A DNA stretch of 64,000 nt, taken from contig JAPPDF010000087.1 of NCBI GenBank assembly GCA_028875575.1, positions 14,147 to 78,146 on the forward strand. The letters are read 5' to 3'. Position numbers and translations under genes: made by a program. How positions within the stretch are numbered: the stretch's first letter is position 1; every line of letters starts with the position of its first letter. Below the pieces are notes generated by a model that worked only from the letters and a program-made list of their open reading frames with translations, made no database searches and had not been told where the DNA came from. Below are positions 48,527-57,921 of the stretch, in pieces. The stretch comes from Acidobacteriota bacterium. GTDB lineage: Bacteria > Acidobacteriota > Terriglobia > Versatilivoradales > Versatilivoraceae.

Positions 48527-49639
48527 ATGATAAGTCGGAGACCGTTAGCTTGGTTGGCTGTGCTCAGCTTGACCTTTTCGGGTTGCTTCTTCGGAGGGAA
48601 AAAGGGAGAGGTCATCACCCCCGACGGGGGGGCTGAGCCCGACAAGATTCTTTACGAAAAAGGCCTGCAGGATGTGGCCAAGGGTCGTTACGACGTGGGC
48701 CGCCTGGTTTTCCAAAACCTGTTGAACACCTACCCCGACAGTGAATACCAGGAACGGGCCAAGTTGGCCATTGCGGATTCCTATTTCAAGCAGGGAGGAA
48801 CCTCGGGGCTGCTCCAGGCCAGGGCCGAATATGAGGACTTCAAGACCTTCTTCCCCACCAGCGAGGAACTTGACGACGCCCAGATGCGCATTGCGCTGAC
48901 GCACTATCGCCAGATGGAGAAACCCAATCGGGACGCCACCCAGGCCAGGGCCGCCCAAAAGGAATTCCAGGCCTTTATCGCGGAACACCCCGGGAGCCCG
49001 CTCGTGGATGAAGCGCGCCAGTACCTGCGGGAGGTTGAAGAGGTCCTGGCGGTGGGTGACCTTGGGGTGGCCAAGCACGAGTTCGTTCGAAAAAACTACA
49101 GGGGGGCCTTCAATCGCGCGGCAACGGCCATCAAGTACGCCGATTTCAGCCGGCAGGATGAGGTTCTCTACGTCCTGGGCCGGGTGCGTGAACGTCAGCA
49201 GAACATCGTGGCGGCCGGGTATTACTACGGCTTGGTGGTCCGGTATCACCCGCTCAGCGAGTTTGAAGGCGAGTCCAGAAAAAAGCTGGAGAAGCTGGGC
49301 CTTCCCATTCCCGACGTCGACCCGGTGGCCCTGGCACGCGCCCAGGAAGACCTGAATAATGAAACCAAGCGGTCCCTGATGGGGCGGTTCGCAACGCTCT
49401 TTAGCAGGAGGCCCGATGTCTCCCAGGCGCGCAAGGCCGAACGCCCGGCTCTGCTTTTGGGACCGGAGCAAATCAACCTGGAGCCGGGTGGCCCCGCGGA
49501 TCACATTACCACTCCCGCTCCCGCACCCGGTGCTCCAACCGCTGTCCCCAGTGGATCACTCGGTATCGAGATCGTCACCCGTCCCGAAAGAGAGAAGGGC
49601 GACGAGTCGGCCTCCCCGGATTCCGGTTCCGAAGAGTAG
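48527..49639 (+). CDS. bamD: outer membrane protein assembly factor BamD (YfiO lipoprotein, TPR-like)
   Basis: Lipobox LTFSGC, a conserved BamD N-terminal region (YEKGLQDVAKGRYDVGRLVFQNLLNTYPDSEYQERAKLAIADSYFK) and a low-complexity C-terminal tail. Confidence 0.85.
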   Translation: MISRRPLAWLAVLSLTFSGCFFGGKKGEVITPDGGAEPDKILYEKGLQDVAKGRYDVGRLVFQNLLNTYPDSEYQERAKLAIADSYFKQGGTSGLLQARAEYEDFKTFFPTSEELDDAQMRIALTHYRQMEKPNRDATQARAAQKEFQAFIAEHPGSPLVDEARQYLREVEEVLAVGDLGVAKHEFVRKNYRGAFNRAATAIKYADFSRQDEVLYVLGRVRERQQNIVAAGYYYGLVVRYHPLSEFEGESRKKLEKLGLPIPDVDPVALARAQEDLNNETKRSLMGRFATLFSRRPDVSQARKAERPALLLGPEQINLEPGGPADHITTPAPAPGAPTAVPSGSLGIEIVTRPEREKGDESASPDSGSEE

Positions 49640-49831
49640 GCAGGCGACTGACTCCGGGATAGCTGGAGGCGCCCCGCCGGCGTCCTGCCAGACCCCATCT
49701 GCCGGGCAATCCATCCCCTCCCGTTACCGGTGTTTTCCCTTCACTTTTGAAGGGACGGCGCTACAATAGCCTGCCTGCGGCCCAGCGAGAATCGAGGGTT
49801 CGCAATACCCCTGCCGGTCCGAGTCATCAGC

Positions 49832-52504
49832 ATGGAAATTTCAAAAACGTACGATCCCCAATCGGTTGAGCCGGGCTGGATGAAGTTCTGGGAACGGGAG
49901 CGCCTTTTCGTAGCCGATGCCGAATCCAGCCGACCCCCCTTCGTGATCGTCATTCCTCCACCCAATGTGACGGGTTCTCTGCACATGGGGCACATGCTGG
50001 TTTACACGCTGCATGACATCGTTGTCCGCTGGCGAAGGATGCAAGGGTACAACACGCTCTGGCTACCGGGAACCGACCACGCCGGCATAGCCACCCAGAA
50101 CGTGGTGGAACGTCAACTGGAAGCCGAGGGGACCTCCCGCCAGGCATTGGGGAGGGAGGCCTTCGAACGGCGAGTGTGGGAATGGAAGGAGCAGAGCGGC
50201 AACACCATTCTGAAGCAATTGCGCCGGTTGGGGGGCTCCTGTGACTGGACACGAGAGAGATTCACGCTGGATGAAGGGCTGTCCAGGGCAGTGAGAGAAG
50301 TCTTTGTGCGGCTCCATGAGGAAGGACTCATCTACCGGGGCAAGAGACTGATCAACTGGTGCGTTCGTTGCCGTACGGCGCTTTCCGACCTGGAGGTCAA
50401 TGCAGAGCCGACGCAGGGGAGATTGTATACCCTGCGTTATCCCCTGGCGGACGGAGAGCGTCTGCTCTCGGTGGCCACCACGCGGCCGGAGACCATGCTG
50501 GGAGATACCGCGGTGGCCTTCAACCCCGAGGACGAGCGGTATCAGGGGCTTGCCGGCAAGGTGGTGCGGCTGCCATTGGTCGACCGTGAGATTCCAATTG
50601 TGGCCGATTCCTTTGTGGATCCCGAATTCGGAACCGGATTGGTGAAAGTCACGCCGGCCCACGATCCCAACGACTTCGAAATAGGACTGCGCCACAGCCT
50701 GCAACAGATTTCGGTGCTGGACGAGGATGGACGGATGACCGATGCGGCGGGCGATTTTCAGGGCTTGGACTGTTTGGACTGCCGGGCCGCCGTGGTCAGG
50801 GAACTGGACCGGCAAGGCCTTTTGGAAAAGGTGGAAGACCATGCCCACAGCGTGGGGCAGTGCGATCGCTGCAAGGATGTGATAGAGCCTCTCCTGTCCA
50901 CCCAGTGGTTCGTCAAGACCAGGCCCTTGGCCGAACCGGCCATCCGGGCCGTCGAGGAAGGCCGAATCCGATTTGTTCCGGCCAACTGGTCCAAGACCTA
51001 TTTCGAGTGGATGCGAAACATCAAGGACTGGTGCATCTCCCGGCAACTGTGGTGGGGGCACCGCATCCCCGCCTGGCACTGCCGGAGCTGCGGAGAGGTC
51101 AATGTGGCCCGGCAGGAACCGAAGCAGTGTGTCCGTTGCTCCAGCCGGGAGTTGACGCCGGAGACCGACGTGCTGGATACCTGGTTCAGCTCGGGCCTCT
51201 GGCCGTTTTCGACCCTGGGTTGGCCCGATCAGACCCGGGACCTGCAACAGTTCTACCCGACCTCCGTCCTGATCACCGGATTCGATATCATCTTCTTCTG
51301 GGTGGCTCGCATGATCATGGCCGGGCTCAAGTTTGCCGGGGACGTCCCCTTCCGGACCGTCTACATCAACAGCCTGGTGCGGGATGCCGAAGGGAAGAAG
51401 ATGAGCAAGTCGAAGGGCAACGTGGTGGATCCGCTGGACCTGATGGAACAGTACGGTACCGATGCGGTTCGCTTCACCCTGGCCATCATGGCCGCCCCGG
51501 GCACCGACATCAGCCTCTCCGAAGAAAAGATCCTCAGCCATCGGGCCTTTGCCAACAAGGTCTGGAATGCTTTCCGACTGGTCACCCTGCACCTGGACAG
51601 CATTCGAGCCCAGCTGCCTCCGGACTTCGATGTCAGAAACGAGATGGAAGAGCTTTCCCGGAGGTGGAAGGAGCTGTCCCAGGTGGACCGATGGATTCTT
51701 TCCAGGCTGTCCGGCATCACACGCCAGGTCAACGAGGGGTTGGAGGCTTATCGGTTTCACGAGTCCAGCCACGCCATCTACCACTTTTTCTGGGGAGAGC
51801 TCTGCGACTGGTATATCGAGTTTGTAAAGCCCAAGATCGTCGCCCGGGAAAAGCATCCCGAGGATCAACTGTCCTACCGGGTGCTGCTGGTCGTCTTCGA
51901 TCAGTCTCTTCGGCTGATGCATCCCTTTATGCCCTTCATCACCGAGGAGATCTGGCAACGGTTGCCGCACAAGGGGCTCTCCATTGCCGTCCAGTCCTAT
52001 CCCGAGGGCTTCCCGGCCTGGGTCGACTCCGAGGCTGAAGCCCGAGTCGGCATGCTGCAGGACGTCATCACCAAGATCCGAAACCTCAGAGCCGAGATCA
52101 ACCTGGACCCCGGGCGAAAAATCCCGGTTCGGTTGGCCAGTTCGGAGCCGAAAGTCCGCTCGTTCCTGCTGGAGAGCCGGCCTTATGTCCTCAATCTGGC
52201 CCGTTGCGATCGGGTCGAGGTGGTGGCCGCGGTTGGCCGGGAAGACCATTCGGCTCGCTCGGTGGCTTCAGAAGTGGATATTGAGATTCCGCTGGCGGGA
52301 CTGATCGATCTACAAGTGGAGAAGGGGCGGATCGAAAGGGAGATTCTCAAGTTGGAGCGGGAGATGACACCGATCCGGCAGCGGCTGCAAAACCAGGCCT
52401 TCATGAGCAACGCACCGGAGAAAGTCGTCGAACTCAATCGCAATCGTCTCATCCAGTTTCAGGAGAAGCTGGGCAAGTTGAGGGAGTATCGGAATCAACT
52501 GTAA
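49832..52504 (+). CDS. valS: valine--tRNA ligase
   Basis: HIGH motif (PPPNVTGSLHMGH), KMSKS, an editing domain and a C-terminal coiled coil. 890 aa. Confidence 0.95.
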   Translation: MEISKTYDPQSVEPGWMKFWERERLFVADAESSRPPFVIVIPPPNVTGSLHMGHMLVYTLHDIVVRWRRMQGYNTLWLPGTDHAGIATQNVVERQLEAEGTSRQALGREAFERRVWEWKEQSGNTILKQLRRLGGSCDWTRERFTLDEGLSRAVREVFVRLHEEGLIYRGKRLINWCVRCRTALSDLEVNAEPTQGRLYTLRYPLADGERLLSVATTRPETMLGDTAVAFNPEDERYQGLAGKVVRLPLVDREIPIVADSFVDPEFGTGLVKVTPAHDPNDFEIGLRHSLQQISVLDEDGRMTDAAGDFQGLDCLDCRAAVVRELDRQGLLEKVEDHAHSVGQCDRCKDVIEPLLSTQWFVKTRPLAEPAIRAVEEGRIRFVPANWSKTYFEWMRNIKDWCISRQLWWGHRIPAWHCRSCGEVNVARQEPKQCVRCSSRELTPETDVLDTWFSSGLWPFSTLGWPDQTRDLQQFYPTSVLITGFDIIFFWVARMIMAGLKFAGDVPFRTVYINSLVRDAEGKKMSKSKGNVVDPLDLMEQYGTDAVRFTLAIMAAPGTDISLSEEKILSHRAFANKVWNAFRLVTLHLDSIRAQLPPDFDVRNEMEELSRRWKELSQVDRWILSRLSGITRQVNEGLEAYRFHESSHAIYHFFWGELCDWYIEFVKPKIVAREKHPEDQLSYRVLLVVFDQSLRLMHPFMPFITEEIWQRLPHKGLSIAVQSYPEGFPAWVDSEAEARVGMLQDVITKIRNLRAEINLDPGRKIPVRLASSEPKVRSFLLESRPYVLNLARCDRVEVVAAVGREDHSARSVASEVDIEIPLAGLIDLQVEKGRIEREILKLEREMTPIRQRLQNQAFMSNAPEKVVELNRNRLIQFQEKLGKLREYRNQL

Positions 52505-52555
52505 GCAGCCGAGACGAGGGCCCCTGCGCTGAATGTCTTCAAGCGCCTTCCCGCC

Positions 52556-53416
52556 ATGCTGCAACTGGATTCCCAGAAGCTGACACCCATAGTCTCCCAG
52601 GCGTTGGCGGAGGACCGCGGAGCCGGCGATGTCACCAGCCGGCTCACCGTCGATCCATTTCTGCAGGCTCGAGGAGATTTCCGTGCCAAGGAGGATCTGG
52701 TCCTGGCAGGATGGCCGGTGGTGGCTGAGACTTTTCGCCTCCTCTCGGACCGGTTTGCTTCTCAGGCATTTTTTGGAGAAGGCGACCGAGTGGCCATGGG
52801 AAGCCTTCTGGGAACGGTCCGCGGGCCCGCGTTGCTGCTGCTCGGTGGGGAGCGGGTGGCGCTCAACTTCCTGCAGCGGTGCAGCGGCATCGCGACCTTG
52901 ACCAGGGCCATGGTTGGCGCCGTGGAGGGCAGCGGGATTTCCGTCCTGGATACGCGCAAGACTACCCCCGGGCTGCGTTTCCTGGAAAAGTATGCCGTTG
53001 CCATGGGAGGGGGGAAGAACCATCGCTTCGGTCTCTATGACGGGATTCTGATCAAGGAGAACCACATCCGGGCCGCGGGCGGAATCGAAGCGGCCGTCTC
53101 CAGGATTCGCTCCGGATCGGGCACTCCGCAAAGGATCGAGGTGGAGGTGTCCAATCTTCAGGAGTTGGAGCAGGCCCTCAGGGTTGGGGTGGAGGCCATT
53201 CTGCTGGACAACATGACTCCGGGACAGGTACGAGAGTGCGTCGACCGGGCCCGGGGGCAGGCTCTCTTGGAGGTCTCCGGTGGCATTGATCTGCACAATA
53301 TCAGGGACTATGCCGTAACCGGAGTGGACTTCATCTCGGTGGGCGCCTTGACGCACTCCGCGAAGGCGGCGGATATCAGCCTGGAGCTGCAGCTAGCCAG
53401 TCCCTGCGGACGATGA
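52556..53416 (+). CDS. nadC: nicotinate-nucleotide pyrophosphorylase [carboxylating] (quinolinate phosphoribosyltransferase)
   Basis: Typical NadC/QAPRTase TIM-barrel motifs (VLDTRKTTPGLR...ENHI...LLDNM). Confidence 0.9.
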   Translation: MLQLDSQKLTPIVSQALAEDRGAGDVTSRLTVDPFLQARGDFRAKEDLVLAGWPVVAETFRLLSDRFASQAFFGEGDRVAMGSLLGTVRGPALLLLGGERVALNFLQRCSGIATLTRAMVGAVEGSGISVLDTRKTTPGLRFLEKYAVAMGGGKNHRFGLYDGILIKENHIRAAGGIEAAVSRIRSGSGTPQRIEVEVSNLQELEQALRVGVEAILLDNMTPGQVRECVDRARGQALLEVSGGIDLHNIRDYAVTGVDFISVGALTHSAKAADISLELQLASPCGR

Positions 53417-54405
53417 GGGAACTTCCATCCAGCGGTCGGCAGCTCGGTCGACTTGTCGAGTTGCTGGCGGGTTCAGCCGGCGAGGTTTGGTCCCTGGCGG
53501 AGCTTGCCCGTTCCACGGATATGTCTCCGTCCGAGCTGTCGGCAGTGCTGGCCACGCTCCAGACGGAGGGTCTGTCTTTGGAGGTAGACTCGGATGGGCG
53601 GGTGGGGCTGCCGGCCGCTGCGGATATGCCGGTTGCCTCCCGCGTTCGACCGCATCTCTCCACCAACCGGCTGGGTCAGAGGCTTCACCACTACCTGAGG
53701 GTCGACTCCACCAACGACACCGCCCGGCGCCTTGCCGAGGCCGGGGCAGCCGAAGGGACAGTGGTGGTGGCCGAAGAGCAGGCCGGCGGGCGAGGGCGTC
53801 TGGGCAGAACCTGGTTGTCTCGCAAGGGCAGGGACATCCTCCTTTCGCTGGTATTGCGCCCCCACGTGGATCCGGCGCAGGCGCCCGGCTTGAACCTGGT
53901 GGTGGGGCTGGCGGCCGGTCAGGCTATTGGGGAGGTTGCCGGAATCTCCACCGACCTCAAGTGGCCGAACGACGTGCTCACCGGCGGCGGAAAGTGCTGC
54001 GGAGTGCTGACGGAGATGAATGCCGATCCCGGGAAGATCCATTTCGTTATCGTAGGAGTCGGCATCAACGTCAACGGGACCTCTCTTCCCAATGCCATTG
54101 CCGGTCGGGCTTCAACCTTGGAGCAAGCGGCGGGTGGTCCCATCCACAGGCCGAGGCTGGTGGCGGCCTTGTTGAACCGCCTGGAAGCCTTGTACCTGGT
54201 ATTCCTGGACCGGGGACTCCGACCTCTCTTGGAGCGCTGGGTGGCATCGTCTTCGTCCGTCCGGGGCCGCCCGGTCCTGGTCTCGAACCACGGCCGCTCC
54301 CTTCGGGGGACCACTGCCGGCCTTAGCGAGCAGGGAGCCTTGCGAATCAAACGGGAGGACGGCAGCGTGGAAGAAGTCCTGGCCGGGGACGTGGTTCAAT
54401 GGTAG
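53413..54405 (+). CDS. birA: bifunctional biotin--[acetyl-CoA-carboxylase] ligase / bio operon repressor BirA
   Basis: N-terminal HTH followed by BPL catalytic motifs (GRGRLGRTW, KWPNDV, GILTE-like GVLTEM), with a 4-bp overlap on nadC. Confidence 0.88.
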   Translation: MRELPSSGRQLGRLVELLAGSAGEVWSLAELARSTDMSPSELSAVLATLQTEGLSLEVDSDGRVGLPAAADMPVASRVRPHLSTNRLGQRLHHYLRVDSTNDTARRLAEAGAAEGTVVVAEEQAGGRGRLGRTWLSRKGRDILLSLVLRPHVDPAQAPGLNLVVGLAAGQAIGEVAGISTDLKWPNDVLTGGGKCCGVLTEMNADPGKIHFVIVGVGINVNGTSLPNAIAGRASTLEQAAGGPIHRPRLVAALLNRLEALYLVFLDRGLRPLLERWVASSSSVRGRPVLVSNHGRSLRGTTAGLSEQGALRIKREDGSVEEVLAGDVVQW

Positions 54406-54507
54406 TGCCGGCCAGAAGAATCAATCTCGGCACATTCGGTGCATTCTGTAACTACAAACCTTTAAATTAGGTCCGATAAACGACTGCAATTAAAATCTTT
54501 TTCATGA

Positions 54508-54688
54508 TGAGATTTTTGCAAAATCCGCAACGGGTCAGGTCATCTTGCCAGCAAACCTGAGGTTCTGCCTATTTCAATATCGGGTGCGAACTGGTGAAAA
54601 AAGCTGTCTAACCACAAAAAGCACAAAAGTCACAATGTGTGTTTTTGTGCCTTTTGTGGCCATTTCCGGTGAACGTTCCGCTGGCGAA
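54508..54688. repeat. structured intergenic repeat family C, copy 1 (~180 bp) containing an 18-bp-stem hairpin CCACAAAAAGCACAAAAG...TTTTTGTGCCTTTTGTGG
   Basis: Direct reading. A second copy at 63503..63685 has ~85% identity in the same orientation. Confidence 0.7.
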
Positions 54689-54779
54689 TATTGCAAAAGG
54701 CTCATGATGTATGAATCGGCCCGGTGAAAATTGCGGGCCCCATTCTTGAATAGGCAGGGTGTCAGGAGACAAAGCGGAT

Positions 54780-55550
54780 ATGCTGCTGGTCATCGACGTC
54801 GGCAACACCAATACCTGGCTGGGAATCTACGAGGGCTCCACGCTGAGGAAAGACTGGCGCCTGGAAACCAAGGAGCGTCAATCCGCGGATGAATACGGAA
54901 TATTGATCAGGAACCTCTTCAGTCTGGCGGGCATCGATTTTACCCACATCTCGGATATCGTGATTGCATCGGTGGTTCCTCCGCTCAACACCGTGCTGGA
55001 GCAGACAGCCTTGAAGTATTTCAAGGTTGCCCCCCTGTTTGTCGAGCCGGGCGTCAAGACCGGAATGCCCATCCTCTACGATCCACCTTCGGACGTGGGG
55101 GCCGACAGGATCGTCAATGCGGTAGCCGCCTTTCATCGTTACGGGGGACCCTGCATCGTGGTGGACTTTGGGACAGCCACCACCTTCGACGCGATTTCCA
55201 GTAAGGGAGAGTACCTGGGAGGGGTCATCAGTCCCGGCCCGGTGATCGCAGCCGAGGCGCTGTTCACCAGAACAGCCCGACTTCCCAGAGTCGAGGTCAA
55301 GCCGTCTGTCAACGTGATCGGCACCTCGACGGTCGCCAGTATCCAGTCGGGCCTCTATCACGGGTATGTCAGCCTGGTTGACGGCATCCTGCAGCGCATG
55401 ATTGGGGAGTTGGGTCCTGAAACCACGGTGGTTTCCACGGGTGGTCAGGCCGCTCTTTTCGGGTCCGGCACCCGCCATATTCAACATATCGATTCCCACT
55501 TGACGCTGGATGGATTGCGCCTCATCCACGAGAAAAACTTTCCTCGGTGA
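54780..55550 (+). CDS. coaX: type III pantothenate kinase
   Basis: MLLVIDVGNTNT... matches CoaX/Baf. It lies downstream of birA, a common pairing. The track ORF starts at GTG 54759. Confidence 0.9.
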   Translation: MLLVIDVGNTNTWLGIYEGSTLRKDWRLETKERQSADEYGILIRNLFSLAGIDFTHISDIVIASVVPPLNTVLEQTALKYFKVAPLFVEPGVKTGMPILYDPPSDVGADRIVNAVAAFHRYGGPCIVVDFGTATTFDAISSKGEYLGGVISPGPVIAAEALFTRTARLPRVEVKPSVNVIGTSTVASIQSGLYHGYVSLVDGILQRMIGELGPETTVVSTGGQAALFGSGTRHIQHIDSHLTLDGLRLIHEKNFPR

Positions 55551-55595
55551 GTACCGGGAGCTGCCCTGCCGGGAGACGCCCGTGTCCCCTGCGCC

Positions 55596-56315
55596 ATGGA
55601 AAATTACTTCAACTACTTTACCGAGATCGAGGAGCACTTCCAAAAGCGGCGCGGGCAGGCCCGTCCCCTATCGCCTCTGGACTGGTCCCTGATCGAATCC
55701 CTGCGAGAGGCCGGCGTCCCCCTGGAGGTGGTGCTGCGCGGGGTGGACCGGGCTTTCGACAAGCGCTCCAAGAGGCGAAGGGTGGTGGGAAGGGTGAACA
55801 GCCTCGCCTACTGTACGCAGGCCATTCTGGCTGAACACGAGCGCCGGAATGAGAGTCGGGCCGGTCGCCACGAGCCGGCAGCCCAAGCTGCCGAAGGAGA
55901 TTTGGAAGTATCGCAGTTGCTGGAACTGCTCGAAAGCGCCCGTCGCCAACTGGAGGCGCTCCCGGGACGTTCCAAAGCGGTTGAGCTGCCGGCCTTGGAA
56001 ACCGTGGTGGGGACGGTTGTCGACTCGCTGAACGAGATCATGCTGGAAATCCAAGCATCCCGGTCGCTGGACTATGAGGCGCTGGAACTGAAGCTGAATA
56101 CCCTGGAAGAACGCATTCTGGCGGCCATCTCCTCGGGTATAAGCGAAGAGTCTCTGCTGGAAGCGAAGCAGGAGACTCGGCGGGAGATCCAACGGAACAA
56201 GCGGGGCTTGAAGGCCGAGCACATTGCCATGCTGGAAGGCAAGTTGATGCGCAAGAAACTCCTACAGGAATTTGGCGTTCCGCGGCTGAGCCTCTTTTAC
56301 CTCCCCCTCAATTAA
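55596..56315 (+). CDS. hypothetical protein (possible DnaD-like domain)
   Basis: 239 aa with an N-terminal helical domain (LSPLDWSLIESLREAGVPLEVVLRGVDRAF...NSLAYCTQAIL) and a C-terminal coiled coil. Its TAA stop sits inside the MITE TTAA boundary. Confidence 0.45.
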   Translation: MENYFNYFTEIEEHFQKRRGQARPLSPLDWSLIESLREAGVPLEVVLRGVDRAFDKRSKRRRVVGRVNSLAYCTQAILAEHERRNESRAGRHEPAAQAAEGDLEVSQLLELLESARRQLEALPGRSKAVELPALETVVGTVVDSLNEIMLEIQASRSLDYEALELKLNTLEERILAAISSGISEESLLEAKQETRREIQRNKRGLKAEHIAMLEGKLMRKKLLQEFGVPRLSLFYLPLN

Positions 56316-56560
56316 CCCGCCTTTCTCACCAGGGGGCGTGATCGTGGCGCAGGAATTTTCCCCTCAGCGCGTGCTCGAGAGCGAAGAGCGTAGCCGCCAC
56401 TACGGTCGAGCGAGCATGGATGCGCTGAGGGGAAAAGGACAAGCCAGGGCGCGCCCAGCACCGTGTGTAACCGCAAGGCGTCCCAATCGGACCACCAAGT
56501 TGCTGAAAATAAATGACCTTTCATTGTGAGTCCAGCGACCTGGTGAGAAATGCGGGTTAA
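56312..56560. mobile_element. MITE copy 2 (inverted relative to copy 1), TIRs TTAACCCGCCTTTCTCACCA / TGGTGAGAAATGCGGGTTAA, flanked by TTAA
   Basis: Same TIRs as 3092..3342 with one mismatch, and the interior matches the reverse complement of copy 1. Confidence 0.8.
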
Positions 56561-56566
56561 CCGGCC

Positions 56567-57868
56567 ATGAAGACCTTTCAGGTCACGGTCGAGCGAATGA
56601 TCCCGGGTGGCAAGGGAATTGCCTTTCTTGAAAAGAAGGCGGTCTTTCTCCCGCTGGTAGTCCCCGGTGATCGTGTCCTGGTCAAGCAGGCGGCCGACCG
56701 TGGCAGCTACCTTGAAGTGCTGGACGGTGAGCTGATCGAAGCCTCCCCCGATCGGCAGACGCCTCCCTGTCCCTACTTTGGTCGGTGCGGGGGATGCGAT
56801 TTCCAGCAAATGACAGTTCCCCGACAGCTCGACAGCAAGACGGAAATCTTGACCGACGCTCTGCGGCGGGTGGGTCGCATTGGCGGTTCCCACAGCGGAA
56901 TCGTGCGGATTCCTTCCCCTGACTCGGCCTACCGGAATCGCTTGCAACTGAAGGTCCTGGCTCGAAACGGGAGAGTCTCCTGGGGATTTTTCGAACGGGC
57001 TTCCCACCGGGTAGTGGAAGTCGACCGGTGCCGGATCGCCCTGGACGGGCTGTGGGCGATCCTTCCCGATCTGCGGGCCTTCCTGGAGCGCTCGCCAATG
57101 ACGGTGGGCTGTCTGAGCGAGGTTGAGATCTTCCAGGGAGATGGAGAGGAAGCCTTGATCGACCTGAAGGTGATGCCGGGCGCCGAAAACCTTTCCACCC
57201 TCAGGCGAGATCTGCTGGCCGCTGGGTTCGACTGGGAAAGTCGGCCCGTGAGCCTCTACGTGTCCCGATCGCAGAAGCGCACGCTTCGGGTGTCGGGGCC
57301 CGGCTTTGTCCACAAGACGGTGGGAAATTGGACATTCCGGGTGAGCCGTGGATCCTTTTTTCAAATCAACGAATGCATGCTGGAGTCCTTGAGCCGACGG
57401 GCAACGCAGGGTCTGGCAGGATCTCGCGCCCTCGATCTCTTCTGTGGAGTGGGGTTCTTCACCCTGCCGCTGTCAAAGACGTTCGAACTGGTGTGGGCAG
57501 TGGACCAAAACGCCGCGGCCATCCTGGATATGGAAGCGAACGCCCGTAGGAACGGGCGCCGCAACTGCCGCATTTTTCACAGAGACCTTGATACCTTTCT
57601 GCGAGACCGCCGTCGGGACCTGGAGGAGGTCGACCTGGTTCTGCTGGACCCGCCTCGAACCGGAATCCCCAAGACCACTGTCGGGAGGGTCGCCGACCTG
57701 AGGGCTTCCAGGGTGGTCTACGTCTCCTGCGATCCCTCCACCCTTGCCAGGGATCTGAGAATCATTCTGGGCAGGGGCTACGCGATCGAATCCCTGGAGA
57801 TCGTGGACCTGTTTCCGCATAGCCATCACATGGAGACCATCGCGAGACTGAAACGAACGGGCGGTTGA
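56567..57868 (+). CDS. rlmD: 23S rRNA (uracil-C5)-methyltransferase RlmD/RumA family (TRAM plus 4Fe-4S plus SAM-MTase)
   Basis: Cys cluster CPYFGRCGGCDFQ and methyltransferase motifs (LDLFCGVGFFTLPL, DPPRTG). Confidence 0.85.
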   Translation: MKTFQVTVERMIPGGKGIAFLEKKAVFLPLVVPGDRVLVKQAADRGSYLEVLDGELIEASPDRQTPPCPYFGRCGGCDFQQMTVPRQLDSKTEILTDALRRVGRIGGSHSGIVRIPSPDSAYRNRLQLKVLARNGRVSWGFFERASHRVVEVDRCRIALDGLWAILPDLRAFLERSPMTVGCLSEVEIFQGDGEEALIDLKVMPGAENLSTLRRDLLAAGFDWESRPVSLYVSRSQKRTLRVSGPGFVHKTVGNWTFRVSRGSFFQINECMLESLSRRATQGLAGSRALDLFCGVGFFTLPLSKTFELVWAVDQNAAAILDMEANARRNGRRNCRIFHRDLDTFLRDRRRDLEEVDLVLLDPPRTGIPKTTVGRVADLRASRVVYVSCDPSTLARDLRIILGRGYAIESLEIVDLFPHSHHMETIARLKRTGG

Positions 57869-57921
57869 CAGCCAGCGGGAAAACTCCTCGAGGGACGAAT
57901 GTTTGACACGCGGCGGGACCG

